From an uncultured Alphaproteobacteria bacterium (GTDB lineage Bacteria; Pseudomonadota; Alphaproteobacteria; HIMB59): a stretch of DNA of 64,000 bases. The position numbers and the translations under genes are program-made. Numbering within the stretch: the first letter of the stretch is position 1; the number at the start of each line of letters is the position of its first letter. The stretch lies in contig CACMUL010000001.1 in the NCBI GenBank assembly GCA_902616855.1, forward strand, positions 132,137 to 196,136, written 5' to 3'. The notes under the pieces are model-generated. The model did not search any database and was not told where the DNA came from. It saw nothing but the letters and a program-made list of their open reading frames with translations. Positions 29,685 to 39,511 of this stretch are shown here, in pieces.

Positions 29685-30656
29685 TTAAAATTTATTAAAT
29701 GTTTTATCCCAATTAGGAAAATTATTTCTTTGATATTTATTCAAAGTTTTCATAATTTCAATCAAAAAAATATCTCTTTGCACCTCTAGATCTTTAATAC
29801 TGTATTTTCCTGACTGTTTTTTTGTTCCTGAAATCATTAATTTTTTTAGTTTTGCATCTAGTTTTGGAGCCTTTAATTTAGTCCAAGGTAACTTAAGAGC
29901 AGGTCCAAACTGCTCTAACATGTGTTTCATACCAGTTTGCCCTCCTGCTAAATGAAATGTTAGACAAACACCCATAAAAGACCATCGTAATCCTGGTCCA
30001 TAAACAATCGCATCGTCAACATCTTGAGTTGATGCAACACCATCTTTAATTATGTGAAGTGCTTCCCTCCAAAGAGCCTCCTGTAAGCGATCAGATATAT
30101 AGCCCTCAATTTCTTTTTTAACAATCAAAGGCTTCATACCTATTCCCTCGTAAAACTCCTTAGCTCTAGTAATTGTGTTTTTCTTTGTTTGCTTTCCTGA
30201 TACTAACTCAACAAGAGGTAATAAATATACAGGGTTAAATGGATGCCCTATACAAACTCTTTCTGGATATTTACATAAAGATTGAATTCTTGTGGGCAAA
30301 AGTCCTGATGAACTAGACGCAATAATTATATTTTTTGGCAATAATTTATCTATATCTTTGAGAAGTTTCTTCTTTATCTTTTCACTCTCAGGAGCATTTT
30401 CTTGGACAAAGGTGGTTGAATGAAGCGACTCTCTGAGATCAGAATAAATTTTCAAATTGCTAAGTTTTGCATTTTTATTTAAACCTAATCTTTGAAGGCT
30501 CTTCAAAGCTGTTTTAGTGTTTGATAATAGTTGCTTTCTAGCTTTAACACTTGGGTCATAAGCTTTAACTATTATACCACATGCTAGCAATCTAGCAGCC
30601 CATCCAGCGCCAATGACGCCAGCACCAACTATTGTGACAATCTTTTTTTTAATCAA
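29685..30656 (-). CDS. lcdH: L-carnitine 3-dehydrogenase
   Basis: GAGVIGAGWA, VQENAPE, GHPFNPVYLLPLVE, DRLQEALWREAL and QFGPALKLPWT. Confidence 0.88.
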   Translation of the reverse strand: MIKKKIVTIVGAGVIGAGWAARLLACGIIVKAYDPSVKARKQLLSNTKTALKSLQRLGLNKNAKLSNLKIYSDLRESLHSTTFVQENAPESEKIKKKLLKDIDKLLPKNIIIASSSSGLLPTRIQSLCKYPERVCIGHPFNPVYLLPLVELVSGKQTKKNTITRAKEFYEGIGMKPLIVKKEIEGYISDRLQEALWREALHIIKDGVASTQDVDDAIVYGPGLRWSFMGVCLTFHLAGGQTGMKHMLEQFGPALKLPWTKLKAPKLDAKLKKLMISGTKKQSGKYSIKDLEVQRDIFLIEIMKTLNKYQRNNFPNWDKTFNKF

Positions 30657-30707
30657 CTTTTAAAAATATATTAACTCATAAATATTAAATTATGATATTT
30701 TTTTTGA

Positions 30708-31130
30708 ATGATTATATACATTTGTAAGTTCCTTCATCTTATATCTCTGTTTATTGCTGGAGGAGGAGGTATTGGTAGTGCTGTTATACAATCTATATAT
30801 ATAAAAGAAGGTAAAGTGCCTGAGCCTCATTTGGCTAAAGGTTTTAAGGTTTTAGCATTTTTATCTTTATTAGCTATCATCACAATGTGGGTTACTGGAA
30901 TTATTTTGCTATTGGTAATATACGGCTCATTTAATTTAGGTTGGACTTTTCATATGAAATTATTTGGAGCTAGCTTAATTCTAATAACAGCAATATTTAT
31001 AAATATGCATTTATATGTATCAGCTAAAAAAAGCCTATCCCCCAATCAAAAATATATTAAAAATTCTGGGTCTTTGTCTAGATTGGGCTTGATTCTTGCC
31101 ATAGCTGGTGCAATAGGCTCTTTTGTCTGA
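30708..31130 (+). CDS. Hypothetical 4-TM membrane protein
   Basis: Four hydrophobic segments; FLHL near the N-terminus and FHMKL later. Confidence 0.65.
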   Translation: MIIYICKFLHLISLFIAGGGGIGSAVIQSIYIKEGKVPEPHLAKGFKVLAFLSLLAIITMWVTGIILLLVIYGSFNLGWTFHMKLFGASLILITAIFINMHLYVSAKKSLSPNQKYIKNSGSLSRLGLILAIAGAIGSFV

Positions 31131-31170
31131 CCTTGTTTATTTTTTTTTAGTTTATGGTATTTTTTTGTAA

Positions 31171-32163
31171 ATGAAAGTTGACTTAGACAAATGGCATCAT
31201 TGTGACGTTGATAAAGAGGAATTTGTAAAGCTTCTTAAGAAGTCGGACTATCAAGGTTTTAAACACATGTTTATTTTCTTTGGGTCTTTAATTGTATTTG
31301 GTGTTTTAGCTTATTTGACATGGGGTACTTGGTGGTCTTTATTATTTTTTTTAATTTATGGAAATATATGGAATTGTGCAGATCCTATTTGGCACGAAAC
31401 TGGACATAAAACAGCTTTTAAAACGAACTATTGGAATAACTTTTTTTATCAAATTGGTAGTTATATGAATGGATTTGAACCAGTAAGATGGAGATGGTCT
31501 CATTTCCGTCATCATGGTTACACTTATTTCGATGATCCTCTTGATTTTGAAATAGCAATTAGAAGACCAACTGATGTTTTTTACTTTTTCAGCTTATTCA
31601 TACCTTTCTTTGACATATTTAATTTTAAAAAAACAACTCAATACGAAACTATTCTTCATGCTTTAGGCAAAAAAACAGATGTAATGAAACAAGTAATTCC
31701 TGAAAGAGAACATCAAAAATGTATAAACTCTTCAAGATTACATGTTGGTATTTGGATCTTGTTAATTTCAATGTCAATTGCTTTTCAGTCTTGGTTACCG
31801 GTTTTATATTTTTTACTTCCAAACTTTTATGGGATAACACTCAAAAGACTTTTTGGATTAACTCAACACACTGGGTTAAAAGATAATATCAAAGATCATA
31901 GATATAGTACTAGAACAATGCATTTAAACCCGATCTTTAGTTTTTTATATTGGCAGATGGAATATCATATTGAACACCATATGTTCCCTACTGTACCATC
32001 GCATAATTTGCCTAAACTTCACCAATTAGTTAAAGATCAGATGCCACCAGCTAAGAAAGGTCTTTGGGGCGCATACTCTGAAATCGTCCCAACAATTTTA
32101 AAACAGGCAAAAAACCCTTCATATGAATTACAAGTAGCCGTTCCATCTAATAACAATGGCTAA
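31171..32163 (+). CDS. Membrane di-iron desaturase/hydroxylase, MocD-like
   Basis: His boxes HETGH, HFRHH and HIEHH, plus QH; TM segments. Confidence 0.85.
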   Translation: MKVDLDKWHHCDVDKEEFVKLLKKSDYQGFKHMFIFFGSLIVFGVLAYLTWGTWWSLLFFLIYGNIWNCADPIWHETGHKTAFKTNYWNNFFYQIGSYMNGFEPVRWRWSHFRHHGYTYFDDPLDFEIAIRRPTDVFYFFSLFIPFFDIFNFKKTTQYETILHALGKKTDVMKQVIPEREHQKCINSSRLHVGIWILLISMSIAFQSWLPVLYFLLPNFYGITLKRLFGLTQHTGLKDNIKDHRYSTRTMHLNPIFSFLYWQMEYHIEHHMFPTVPSHNLPKLHQLVKDQMPPAKKGLWGAYSEIVPTILKQAKNPSYELQVAVPSNNNG

Positions 32164-32941
32164 AAGAACTACCGTTTTTGATTTATGGAGTCAAAAAGGG
32201 AAAAAAAAATGGCCTCAAACTCATATAGATACTGCAAAAGAGGCAGAAGCTGCTTATAAAGCAGGAATTGAAATAATTTCCTGTGAGCCCGATCATCATT
32301 TCAAAAATGTAAGAAAGGTTGCTCCAACAGCATTTTTATCTGTTGGTCTTAAACATGGGTTGGTGAGTTCTCCTAAAGAAGCAATAAAAAAAGGTTTTGA
32401 AATAATGGAAATGGGAGCAGATGCTATTTATTGTTCGCACTCTATTAACTTCATTGAAGCTATGGCAAAAGAGGGAATTCCTATAACAGCGCACGTTGGT
32501 TTGGTACCTAACCTCTCAACTTGGACTAATTTTAGAGCAGTGGGCAAAACTGCAGAAGAAGCATTAAAAGTCTATCAAAACGTCAAAGATCTTGAAAGCG
32601 CAGGTGCAGCTTGTGTAGAAGTAGAAGTAGTTCCTGTTGAATTAGCAGATTATATTACAAAAAATACAAAAATGATTACCATGGGAATGGGCTGTGGAGA
32701 TGTTTGCGACACACAATATCTTTTTTGTAATGACATACTTGGTACTAATAAAGGTCACTACCCAAGACACGCAAAAAAATATGTAGATATATTATCTAAA
32801 GAAGATGAGTTACAAAAAATAAGGATTGATGGATTTAAAATGTTTGTTGATGATGTTAAGAATGGGCAATATCCTGAAGATAAACATTTAATTAAAATGG
32901 AAGAAAAAGAACTAGATAATTTTTTAAATAAAATCAAGTAG
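32156..32941 (+). CDS. PanB (ketopantoate hydroxymethyltransferase)-like protein, divergent
   Basis: AHVGLVP, EVEVVP, MGMGCG and DILG match the PanB scaffold; the GDS, ADxPF and KxEG motifs are missing. Confidence 0.75.
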   Translation: MAKRTTVFDLWSQKGKKKWPQTHIDTAKEAEAAYKAGIEIISCEPDHHFKNVRKVAPTAFLSVGLKHGLVSSPKEAIKKGFEIMEMGADAIYCSHSINFIEAMAKEGIPITAHVGLVPNLSTWTNFRAVGKTAEEALKVYQNVKDLESAGAACVEVEVVPVELADYITKNTKMITMGMGCGDVCDTQYLFCNDILGTNKGHYPRHAKKYVDILSKEDELQKIRIDGFKMFVDDVKNGQYPEDKHLIKMEEKELDNFLNKIK

Positions 32942-32942
32942 G

Positions 32943-34394
32943 ATGAAAAAAAACTTTTTCAGAAAAGTTGCTTTTGGTTTAAGTCCCAATGAAAATATAA
33001 ACGAAGATCCCTTAAATTGGGCTAAACAACAATTTAATAGTGTCCCTAACTTCATATGGAGTTATAAGCTCCCTACTTTACTAGAACAAAGAAAGAGATA
33101 TGGGGAATGGGTTTATGGTGACAGAAAAGTACTAAGAAAGAAATTTAAAAACGATCGATTAATGTATGAAAAAGAAAAGGATTTATTAAGACATAAAACA
33201 GGAGAGAAGTTTTTTGAGCCATTAGAATTATCTATAAGACATAATACTGCTCTGAAGACAACAAATCCTGTATTTGAGAGAATGTGGCATTTTTGGTCTA
33301 ATTTCTTTGCTATAAGTGAAAAAGATTTTCTAGCTAGCTTTTCAACTGGTGTTTATCAAAGGGATATTATTAGACCTAACATGTGTGGCTCCTTTGAGGA
33401 TTTGGTTTATCAAGTTACTACTTCATGGTGCATGCTACACCATCTTGATAATGCTGAAAATATTGGACCAAACTCAAAAGAAGGTGTGAGGTTAAATAGT
33501 AATAATAGAAAAGTAGGACTAAATGAAAATCATGCAAGAGAATTATTGGAATTACATACTGTATCCTCCGAAGCTAATTATAGTCAAGAGGATGTCATAA
33601 ATATGGCCAAAGTGATGACAGGTTGGGCTCACTTGTGGAATAAAAAAGATTTAGAAGCAGGGCCTGTAAAATTTCAACCATCATTTCATGAAAATGGACC
33701 ATATAAAATATTAGGAAAATTGTATGATATTAAAGATTTTAATACTGTAAATCAGGGTAAGGAATTAAAAATAGTTATAAAAGATTTAGCCAACCACCCG
33801 TCTACAAAAAAGAATATCTCAAGAAAGCTATGTCAGCACTTTATATGCGATGAACCAACTAATGAAATGATCGAGCCTATTATTCAAACTTGGAATAAAA
33901 ATGATGGAAATCTAATCGAAATCCATAAAACTTTAATTGATGTCGTTTTTAATTTTAGTGAAAATTATAAAAAATTCTCAATGCCTGAACTATGGTTATT
34001 ACAAAATGCCAAAATGTTGGATTTAAAATATATTGATAACCAACCAGATGGTTTTGAATTTAACGGATTTAATGCTAATCGATCTCAAAAAAGATTAAAG
34101 AATATATTATATGATTTAGGACATAACATATACAGAGCTAAACAACCGAATGGATATATAGACTTAGAGAGTGAATGGTTATCTCCAGAATTAATTATAA
34201 GAAGATTAGCAATAGCAAAAAGATTTACTGGTATAGTTAATACAAATATTTCCTACAATAATGAATTTTTTGAAAAAGTTATTGTAAATAATTTTGATAA
34301 GCCTAATAAATTATTAAAATTATTAAACAATTCAACTAGTTACTCTGATCAATTTGTATTATTTGCTAATAGTCCTGAGGTTATGAGATCATGA
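32943..34394 (+). CDS. DUF1800 family protein
   Basis: ERMWHFWSNFF, LDN, NENHARELLELHT, YSQEDV and PNGY; paired with DUF1501. Confidence 0.88.
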   Translation: MKKNFFRKVAFGLSPNENINEDPLNWAKQQFNSVPNFIWSYKLPTLLEQRKRYGEWVYGDRKVLRKKFKNDRLMYEKEKDLLRHKTGEKFFEPLELSIRHNTALKTTNPVFERMWHFWSNFFAISEKDFLASFSTGVYQRDIIRPNMCGSFEDLVYQVTTSWCMLHHLDNAENIGPNSKEGVRLNSNNRKVGLNENHARELLELHTVSSEANYSQEDVINMAKVMTGWAHLWNKKDLEAGPVKFQPSFHENGPYKILGKLYDIKDFNTVNQGKELKIVIKDLANHPSTKKNISRKLCQHFICDEPTNEMIEPIIQTWNKNDGNLIEIHKTLIDVVFNFSENYKKFSMPELWLLQNAKMLDLKYIDNQPDGFEFNGFNANRSQKRLKNILYDLGHNIYRAKQPNGYIDLESEWLSPELIIRRLAIAKRFTGIVNTNISYNNEFFEKVIVNNFDKPNKLLKLLNNSTSYSDQFVLFANSPEVMRS

Positions 34395-35539
34395 ACTGTA
34401 CTAGAAGGAGTTTTCTTAAAGGTAGCTTAGCTACAATATTCTTTTCTAATTTTAATATTCCATTATTAGGGTCAATACAAAATCCAAAAAAAAACATAGT
34501 TGTTATAAGTCTTAGAGGTGGTATGGATGGTTTAACAGCTGTTCCTGTTTCTGATCCAATGATATCAAAATATAGGACTGATTTAATTCTTAATAAGAAA
34601 TTAGACTTGAATAGTGATTTTTCACTCCATCCTAAATTAAAAACATTTTATGATTTATGGGGCAAAAACTTAGCCTCAGTAGTTCACGCAACCAATATCC
34701 CTTATACCAAGAGATCACATTTTGATGGACAAAATATGATGGAAACAGGAGCTCTTAAACCATATATCGAAAAAACAGGATGGCTTGGTAGAGGAATGAA
34801 ATCAGCGGGTTTATATGAAACAAGTCTAGCATTGAGTTTACCTATGCCCCTTTTACTAAGAGGTGCTATTGATAATAACAATTACTTTCCAACACATCTC
34901 CAATTACCAGATAGAGATTTAATTAAAATAGTTACCAAAGCCTATGGGGATGTCAAAAAAGATGATTTGGGCAATGTCTATGATGTGATTTTAAATAGAC
35001 CAATTACTATGCAAGGAGGAAATGACTCTCTTGATAGTTTATCAAAAAGAGCTGCAAAAATTTTAACTGACCCACTTGGTCCGAGAATAGCAGTTTTTGA
35101 CATAGAAGGATTTGATACACATACAGCGCAAGGAAATGAAAATGGAGAACATGCAGATAATTTGCAAGATATCGATTTAATTGTAAAAAATCTTTTTGAG
35201 GGTATGGGAGAGTCATTTAATAACACACTTGTATTAACTTTAACAGAATTTGGAAGAACTATTGAACAAAATGGTGGAAATGGAACAGAACACGGTTATG
35301 GAAGCGCCATCTTAATGGCAGGAGGGTTATTAAAAAAATCACAAGTTTTTACTGATTGGCCTGGTTTAAAAAAAAATAGTTTATTCGAAGGAAGAGATCT
35401 TAACAGCACTATTGATGCTAGATCGATATATGCCTCTGCTATGTCAAATGTGTTTGATACTGATTTTGAGAAAATTAAAAGGGACGTTTTTTGGAACCAA
35501 AATATAAAGAATTATTCTGAAAATTTATTTAGATTTTAA
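34391..35539 (+). CDS. DUF1501 family protein, Tat substrate
   Basis: TRRSFLK twin-arginine signal, LRGGMDGL, RSHF, FDTH, TEFGRT and GTEHG. Confidence 0.88.
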   Translation: MNCTRRSFLKGSLATIFFSNFNIPLLGSIQNPKKNIVVISLRGGMDGLTAVPVSDPMISKYRTDLILNKKLDLNSDFSLHPKLKTFYDLWGKNLASVVHATNIPYTKRSHFDGQNMMETGALKPYIEKTGWLGRGMKSAGLYETSLALSLPMPLLLRGAIDNNNYFPTHLQLPDRDLIKIVTKAYGDVKKDDLGNVYDVILNRPITMQGGNDSLDSLSKRAAKILTDPLGPRIAVFDIEGFDTHTAQGNENGEHADNLQDIDLIVKNLFEGMGESFNNTLVLTLTEFGRTIEQNGGNGTEHGYGSAILMAGGLLKKSQVFTDWPGLKKNSLFEGRDLNSTIDARSIYASAMSNVFDTDFEKIKRDVFWNQNIKNYSENLFRF

Positions 35540-35540
35540 T

Positions 35541-36926
35541 TTAAATTGAGTCTAAATATAATTCAATATCCAACTCAGTAACAGCACTTGCAACTTTATT
35601 ATACTCCATTTCCTTTATAGCTATAAAAGCTTTATGGAGTTCAGATCCTAAAGTTTCTTTTAAGAATAATGATTTTTTAGATAAATTAATTGATGAGTTC
35701 CAATCTGTTGGAATTTTATTTTTACTAGCTGATTTTTTTAAATATGAATTACCAGTAGTCTGTTTGTCAGCATTAATTTTATTTGTTAATCCTTTTTTAA
35801 TTGCTGAAACAACCGCTAATGCGACTAAATATGGATTTGCATCCACACCAGAAACTCTGTGCTCAATTCTTCTATTATGAGAGTTGCTGGTGGGTATTCT
35901 AAAAGCCACAGATCTATTATCTATACCCCAATTGGGTCTAGTGGGAGCATAAGAGCCTAATACAAATCTTCTCCAACTATTTGCATTTGGAGCAAATATT
36001 AACATACTCTCACCCATATATTTTGAAAGCCCTCCAAGAGCATAATTAAGTTTCTTACTAATTTTTTCTTTATTCTTCTCAACAAAAATATTTTTGCCTT
36101 TTTTGTCATACAATGAAATATGAAAGTGCATACCAGAACCAGTTATATTCTCCATCGGTTTTGCCATAAAGCATGCTGTCACACCATGAGCTCTTGCTTG
36201 TGCTCTAATAATTCTCTTTAATCTTAAAATATCATCAGCTGCTTTCAATAATGAGCTTTGATGTTTAAGAGTAAGTTCATATTGACCAGGTGCGTACTCT
36301 GAAATGATAGTTTCGGCATCTACTTTTGCAAGTTTTGTGGCTTCATATATATCATCTATAAGTGGCATCATACCATGAAGGTGATCAACTGAGTAAACAT
36401 CTGTCTTTTTAATTGAAGCTTTTTTTCCAATTATTGATTTTGCTGGCTTAAGTTTTCCGTACTCATCTAGTTCATTTGAAACCAGAAAGAATTCTAATTC
36501 AAATGCTCCAAAACAAGAGATACCATCTTTTTTTAATTCTTGTATTTTATTTTCCAAAACATTTCGTGGGTCAGTTAATAGTTTATTACCATCAATATCA
36601 TACATGTTCATGAATAACTCACCTCTTGGTGGTATGCTGTTATGCAATAACTTAAGTGATGATGGTATAGGCCAAGCTTTTATGTCACCATCACCTTGCT
36701 CTAAAATCAATCCTGTTTCAGGTGTATCCTCACCAGTAATATCCATTCCAAGTAATGAAAGAGGAAATTGCCTACCTGACTTATACAAATTTAATAACTC
36801 ATTTCTTCTAATTATTTTTCCACGACCTACACCATTACAATCATGCATTACGATATCGAATGATTTTACTTGTGTATTTCTTTTCAGAAAATTTTGTGCT
36901 TCAGATAAATAATTTTTAGTTTTCAT
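35541..36926 (-). CDS. Glutamine synthetase-family gamma-glutamyl-amine ligase (PuuA-like)
   Basis: ELEFF, EYAPGQYE, FMAKP..GSGMHFH, NRSVAFRIP and RIEHR..GVDANPY. Confidence 0.85.
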   Translation of the reverse strand: MKTKNYLSEAQNFLKRNTQVKSFDIVMHDCNGVGRGKIIRRNELLNLYKSGRQFPLSLLGMDITGEDTPETGLILEQGDGDIKAWPIPSSLKLLHNSIPPRGELFMNMYDIDGNKLLTDPRNVLENKIQELKKDGISCFGAFELEFFLVSNELDEYGKLKPAKSIIGKKASIKKTDVYSVDHLHGMMPLIDDIYEATKLAKVDAETIISEYAPGQYELTLKHQSSLLKAADDILRLKRIIRAQARAHGVTACFMAKPMENITGSGMHFHISLYDKKGKNIFVEKNKEKISKKLNYALGGLSKYMGESMLIFAPNANSWRRFVLGSYAPTRPNWGIDNRSVAFRIPTSNSHNRRIEHRVSGVDANPYLVALAVVSAIKKGLTNKINADKQTTGNSYLKKSASKNKIPTDWNSSINLSKKSLFLKETLGSELHKAFIAIKEMEYNKVASAVTELDIELYLDSI

Positions 36927-36965
36927 GACAAATATTTATAATATAAAAATATTAATATAAACTTT

Positions 36966-37664
36966 ATGTCTAAACTACAGTTAATCTATTTCAATCTTAG
37001 AGCTTTATGTGAGGCTCCAAGGATGATGCTACATACTGCGGGTATCGAATATTCATATGAAATGGCATGGGATTATTTTAAAAAACCATGGGTTGATGTC
37101 AAAAAAGAGGTGATTTTTCATAAATTACCTTTGCTTGTTATAGATGAAAAAATTGAAATATGGCAAAGCAATACTATCTCAAGATATATAGCTAAACTTA
37201 CAAATAATATCCCCAATAATGAGGAAATGGTGGCATATGCTGACTCTATATTTGAGTCTGCCCATGATTTATTTTTTCCTTTAAATCCAACAATAAATGT
37301 TTGGGTTGGTGAAATGCACTTAAAGAATAAAAAAAATCTTTTAAATGAAATTTTACCCAAAGCTTTTACAAATTTTGAGAAGCTACTAAGTAAATATGAA
37401 GGTAATTTTTTTTTAGGAGAAAGAGCATTTTATTGTGACTTTAATGTTTATCATCATGTTTCACTAGCATTGCTATTAGATGATAAAATTTTAAATAACT
37501 TTCCAAAGGTAAAAAAATTTATGAGCGATTTTGAAAAGATTCAAGGTATTTTAGATTATCTGGAGTCAAGACCTAAACTTATTGGAATTGGTACTTGGCC
37601 AAAAGTAGTAATTGATGGTATAGAATACACATCTGGCACTAATCCCGATTACAAATATCAATAA
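36966..37664 (+). CDS. Glutathione S-transferase
   Basis: LIYFNLRALCEAPRMML, KLPLL..QSNTISRY and YLESRP. Confidence 0.85.
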   Translation: MSKLQLIYFNLRALCEAPRMMLHTAGIEYSYEMAWDYFKKPWVDVKKEVIFHKLPLLVIDEKIEIWQSNTISRYIAKLTNNIPNNEEMVAYADSIFESAHDLFFPLNPTINVWVGEMHLKNKKNLLNEILPKAFTNFEKLLSKYEGNFFLGERAFYCDFNVYHHVSLALLLDDKILNNFPKVKKFMSDFEKIQGILDYLESRPKLIGIGTWPKVVIDGIEYTSGTNPDYKYQ

Positions 37665-37685
37665 AAGTGTTATGCTAAGTTTTAT

Positions 37686-37759
37686 GGCCCGCTGGCAGAT
37701 TGGTTATGCAGAGGACTGCAAATCCTTGTAGCTCGGTTCGATTCCGGGGTGGGCCTCCA
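37686..37759 (+). tRNA. tRNA-Cys (GCA)
   Basis: GGCCCGCTGGCAGATTGGTTATGCAGAGGACTGCAAATCCTTGTAGCTCGGTTCGATTCCGGGGTGGGCCTCCA. Confidence 0.95.
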
Positions 37760-38518
37760 CTACTTCATTTCATCAATTATTTTTTTTAAGGTTCTTGATG
37801 TAAGATCTAGAATTCTTTTTCCTTTATCTGCAGAGGATTTTGTAGGATTGCCAATTATACCTGTCTTGGACAAATCTTTTGTATTCCAAGCTCTTTTAAT
37901 TGTTCTTTCATAAGAAATTATTTTTTTTGATTTAAAGTCAGATGAGAGTTTGTTTCTTTTAATTTTATTTAATTTTATCAATTCTGGATAAAGGTGGAGC
38001 ATTATTGATGTTTCAAATTCACCTCCATGATATCCATAAAGTAATTCCTTTTTTGGAATAATTTTTTCAAAACCTTTAAATAAAAAATAATGTGCCTTAA
38101 CAATATCGACAGCTTTATATCTACTTTTAATTTCTTTAGCAGCTATATCTAAGTGATTAATTTGTCCGCCATGACTATTTAAAAAGATAAATTTTTTATA
38201 TCTACGAATACATAACTCACCAACTATGCTGATAATATAATCTATATAATTTGTAGAGTTCGAAGATAGAGTGCCCTCAAAGCTATTATGCTCACTCGCT
38301 GAACCTATTGAGATATTTGGTAGAATTAAATATTTATTAAGTTTGGGATATTTCATAATAAAAGTATTTAAAATTCCATCTAATATCAATTTATCAGTAC
38401 CTGAAGGAAGGTGTTCTCCATGTTGTTCTACAGATGAAAATGGGAGAATAAGTATTTTATTTTTACCTAATTTACTAATATCTGCTGATGTTAAATCGGA
38501 CCAAAACTTTGATAGCAT
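37760..38518 (-). CDS. Creatininase/formamide hydrolase family amidohydrolase
   Basis: EQHGEHLPSGTD, SEH..FEGT, NSHGG and HGGEFETS. Confidence 0.88.
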   Translation of the reverse strand: MLSKFWSDLTSADISKLGKNKILILPFSSVEQHGEHLPSGTDKLILDGILNTFIMKYPKLNKYLILPNISIGSASEHNSFEGTLSSNSTNYIDYIISIVGELCIRRYKKFIFLNSHGGQINHLDIAAKEIKSRYKAVDIVKAHYFLFKGFEKIIPKKELLYGYHGGEFETSIMLHLYPELIKLNKIKRNKLSSDFKSKKIISYERTIKRAWNTKDLSKTGIIGNPTKSSADKGKRILDLTSRTLKKIIDEMK

Positions 38519-38547
38519 AAGTGATATTTAACATTTATATAATTATT

Positions 38548-39510
38548 ATGGAAACTTATTCTCTATGGCTTAAGAATGAAAATAAAGCAATTATTAAGAA
38601 AAAAATACTAAGCTATAAAAAAAATTCTAGAACTGTTCTTGTAAAAACTCTTTATTCAGGAATCAGTAAAGGTACTGAGAGATTAGTAGCATCTGGTAGT
38701 ATTAGTAAAGATCAATTCGATATAATGAAATCTCCTTTTCAAGAGGGATCTTTTTCTTTTCCAATTAAATACGGTTACATTAATGTTGGTAAAATAGTTG
38801 AAGGACCAAAAAAATATTTAAATAAAAATACATTCTGTCTTTACCCTCATCAATCACTATTTAAGATTGATATAAATGATGTGAATATTTTGAAAGGTAA
38901 TGGTGATATTCGAAAATATTTACTAACAGCAAATATGGAAACAGCTATTAATATCTTTTGGGATACTCAAGCAAAATTAAATAACAAAATATTGATAGTA
39001 GGGATGGGCTCTGTTGGTATTTTAACTGCATACTATTATAAATTACTAAAATTTAAAAATGTCTTTATTACTGACATAAATATTAAAAAGAAGAAATTTG
39101 CTAATATTTTAGGACTAAAATTTATTAATTTTAAAAAAATTAAAGATTTAGATGTTATAATTAATACAACATCTAATTATGATGTATTAAACCAATCACT
39201 AAAAAAATTAAATTTAGAGGGAAAATTTATTGAAGCTAGTTGGTATGGAAATAAAAAAGGTCATATAAATTTAGGAGGTAATTTTCACTCAAAGAGATTA
39301 AAGATTATTGGTTCTCAAGTTTCAAATATTCCAAAGTATTTATCAAAAAAATATGATTATAAAAAGAGATTGAATTTAGCAATTAATGCTTTATCTAATA
39401 ACCAACTTCTTAAATTAATAAACACTGAAAGTGACTTTAAGGATCTAGAGAAAGATTATATTTCAATATTAAATAATCCAGAAAGCATAATGCATGCTAT
39501 AAAGTATTAA
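38548..39510 (+). CDS. MDR-family (zinc-type alcohol) dehydrogenase
   Basis: YSGISKGTE, FPIKYGY, ANMETAIN, GMGSVG and EASWYG. Start ATG 38548 preferred. Confidence 0.8.
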   Translation: METYSLWLKNENKAIIKKKILSYKKNSRTVLVKTLYSGISKGTERLVASGSISKDQFDIMKSPFQEGSFSFPIKYGYINVGKIVEGPKKYLNKNTFCLYPHQSLFKIDINDVNILKGNGDIRKYLLTANMETAINIFWDTQAKLNNKILIVGMGSVGILTAYYYKLLKFKNVFITDINIKKKKFANILGLKFINFKKIKDLDVIINTTSNYDVLNQSLKKLNLEGKFIEASWYGNKKGHINLGGNFHSKRLKIIGSQVSNIPKYLSKKYDYKKRLNLAINALSNNQLLKLINTESDFKDLEKDYISILNNPESIMHAIKY

Positions 39511-39511
39511 A

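Noticed and set aside
35541-36926. Housekeeping glnA
   Set aside because: The divergent N-terminus and overall pattern fit GS-like gamma-glutamyl-amine ligases; the substrate cannot be called.
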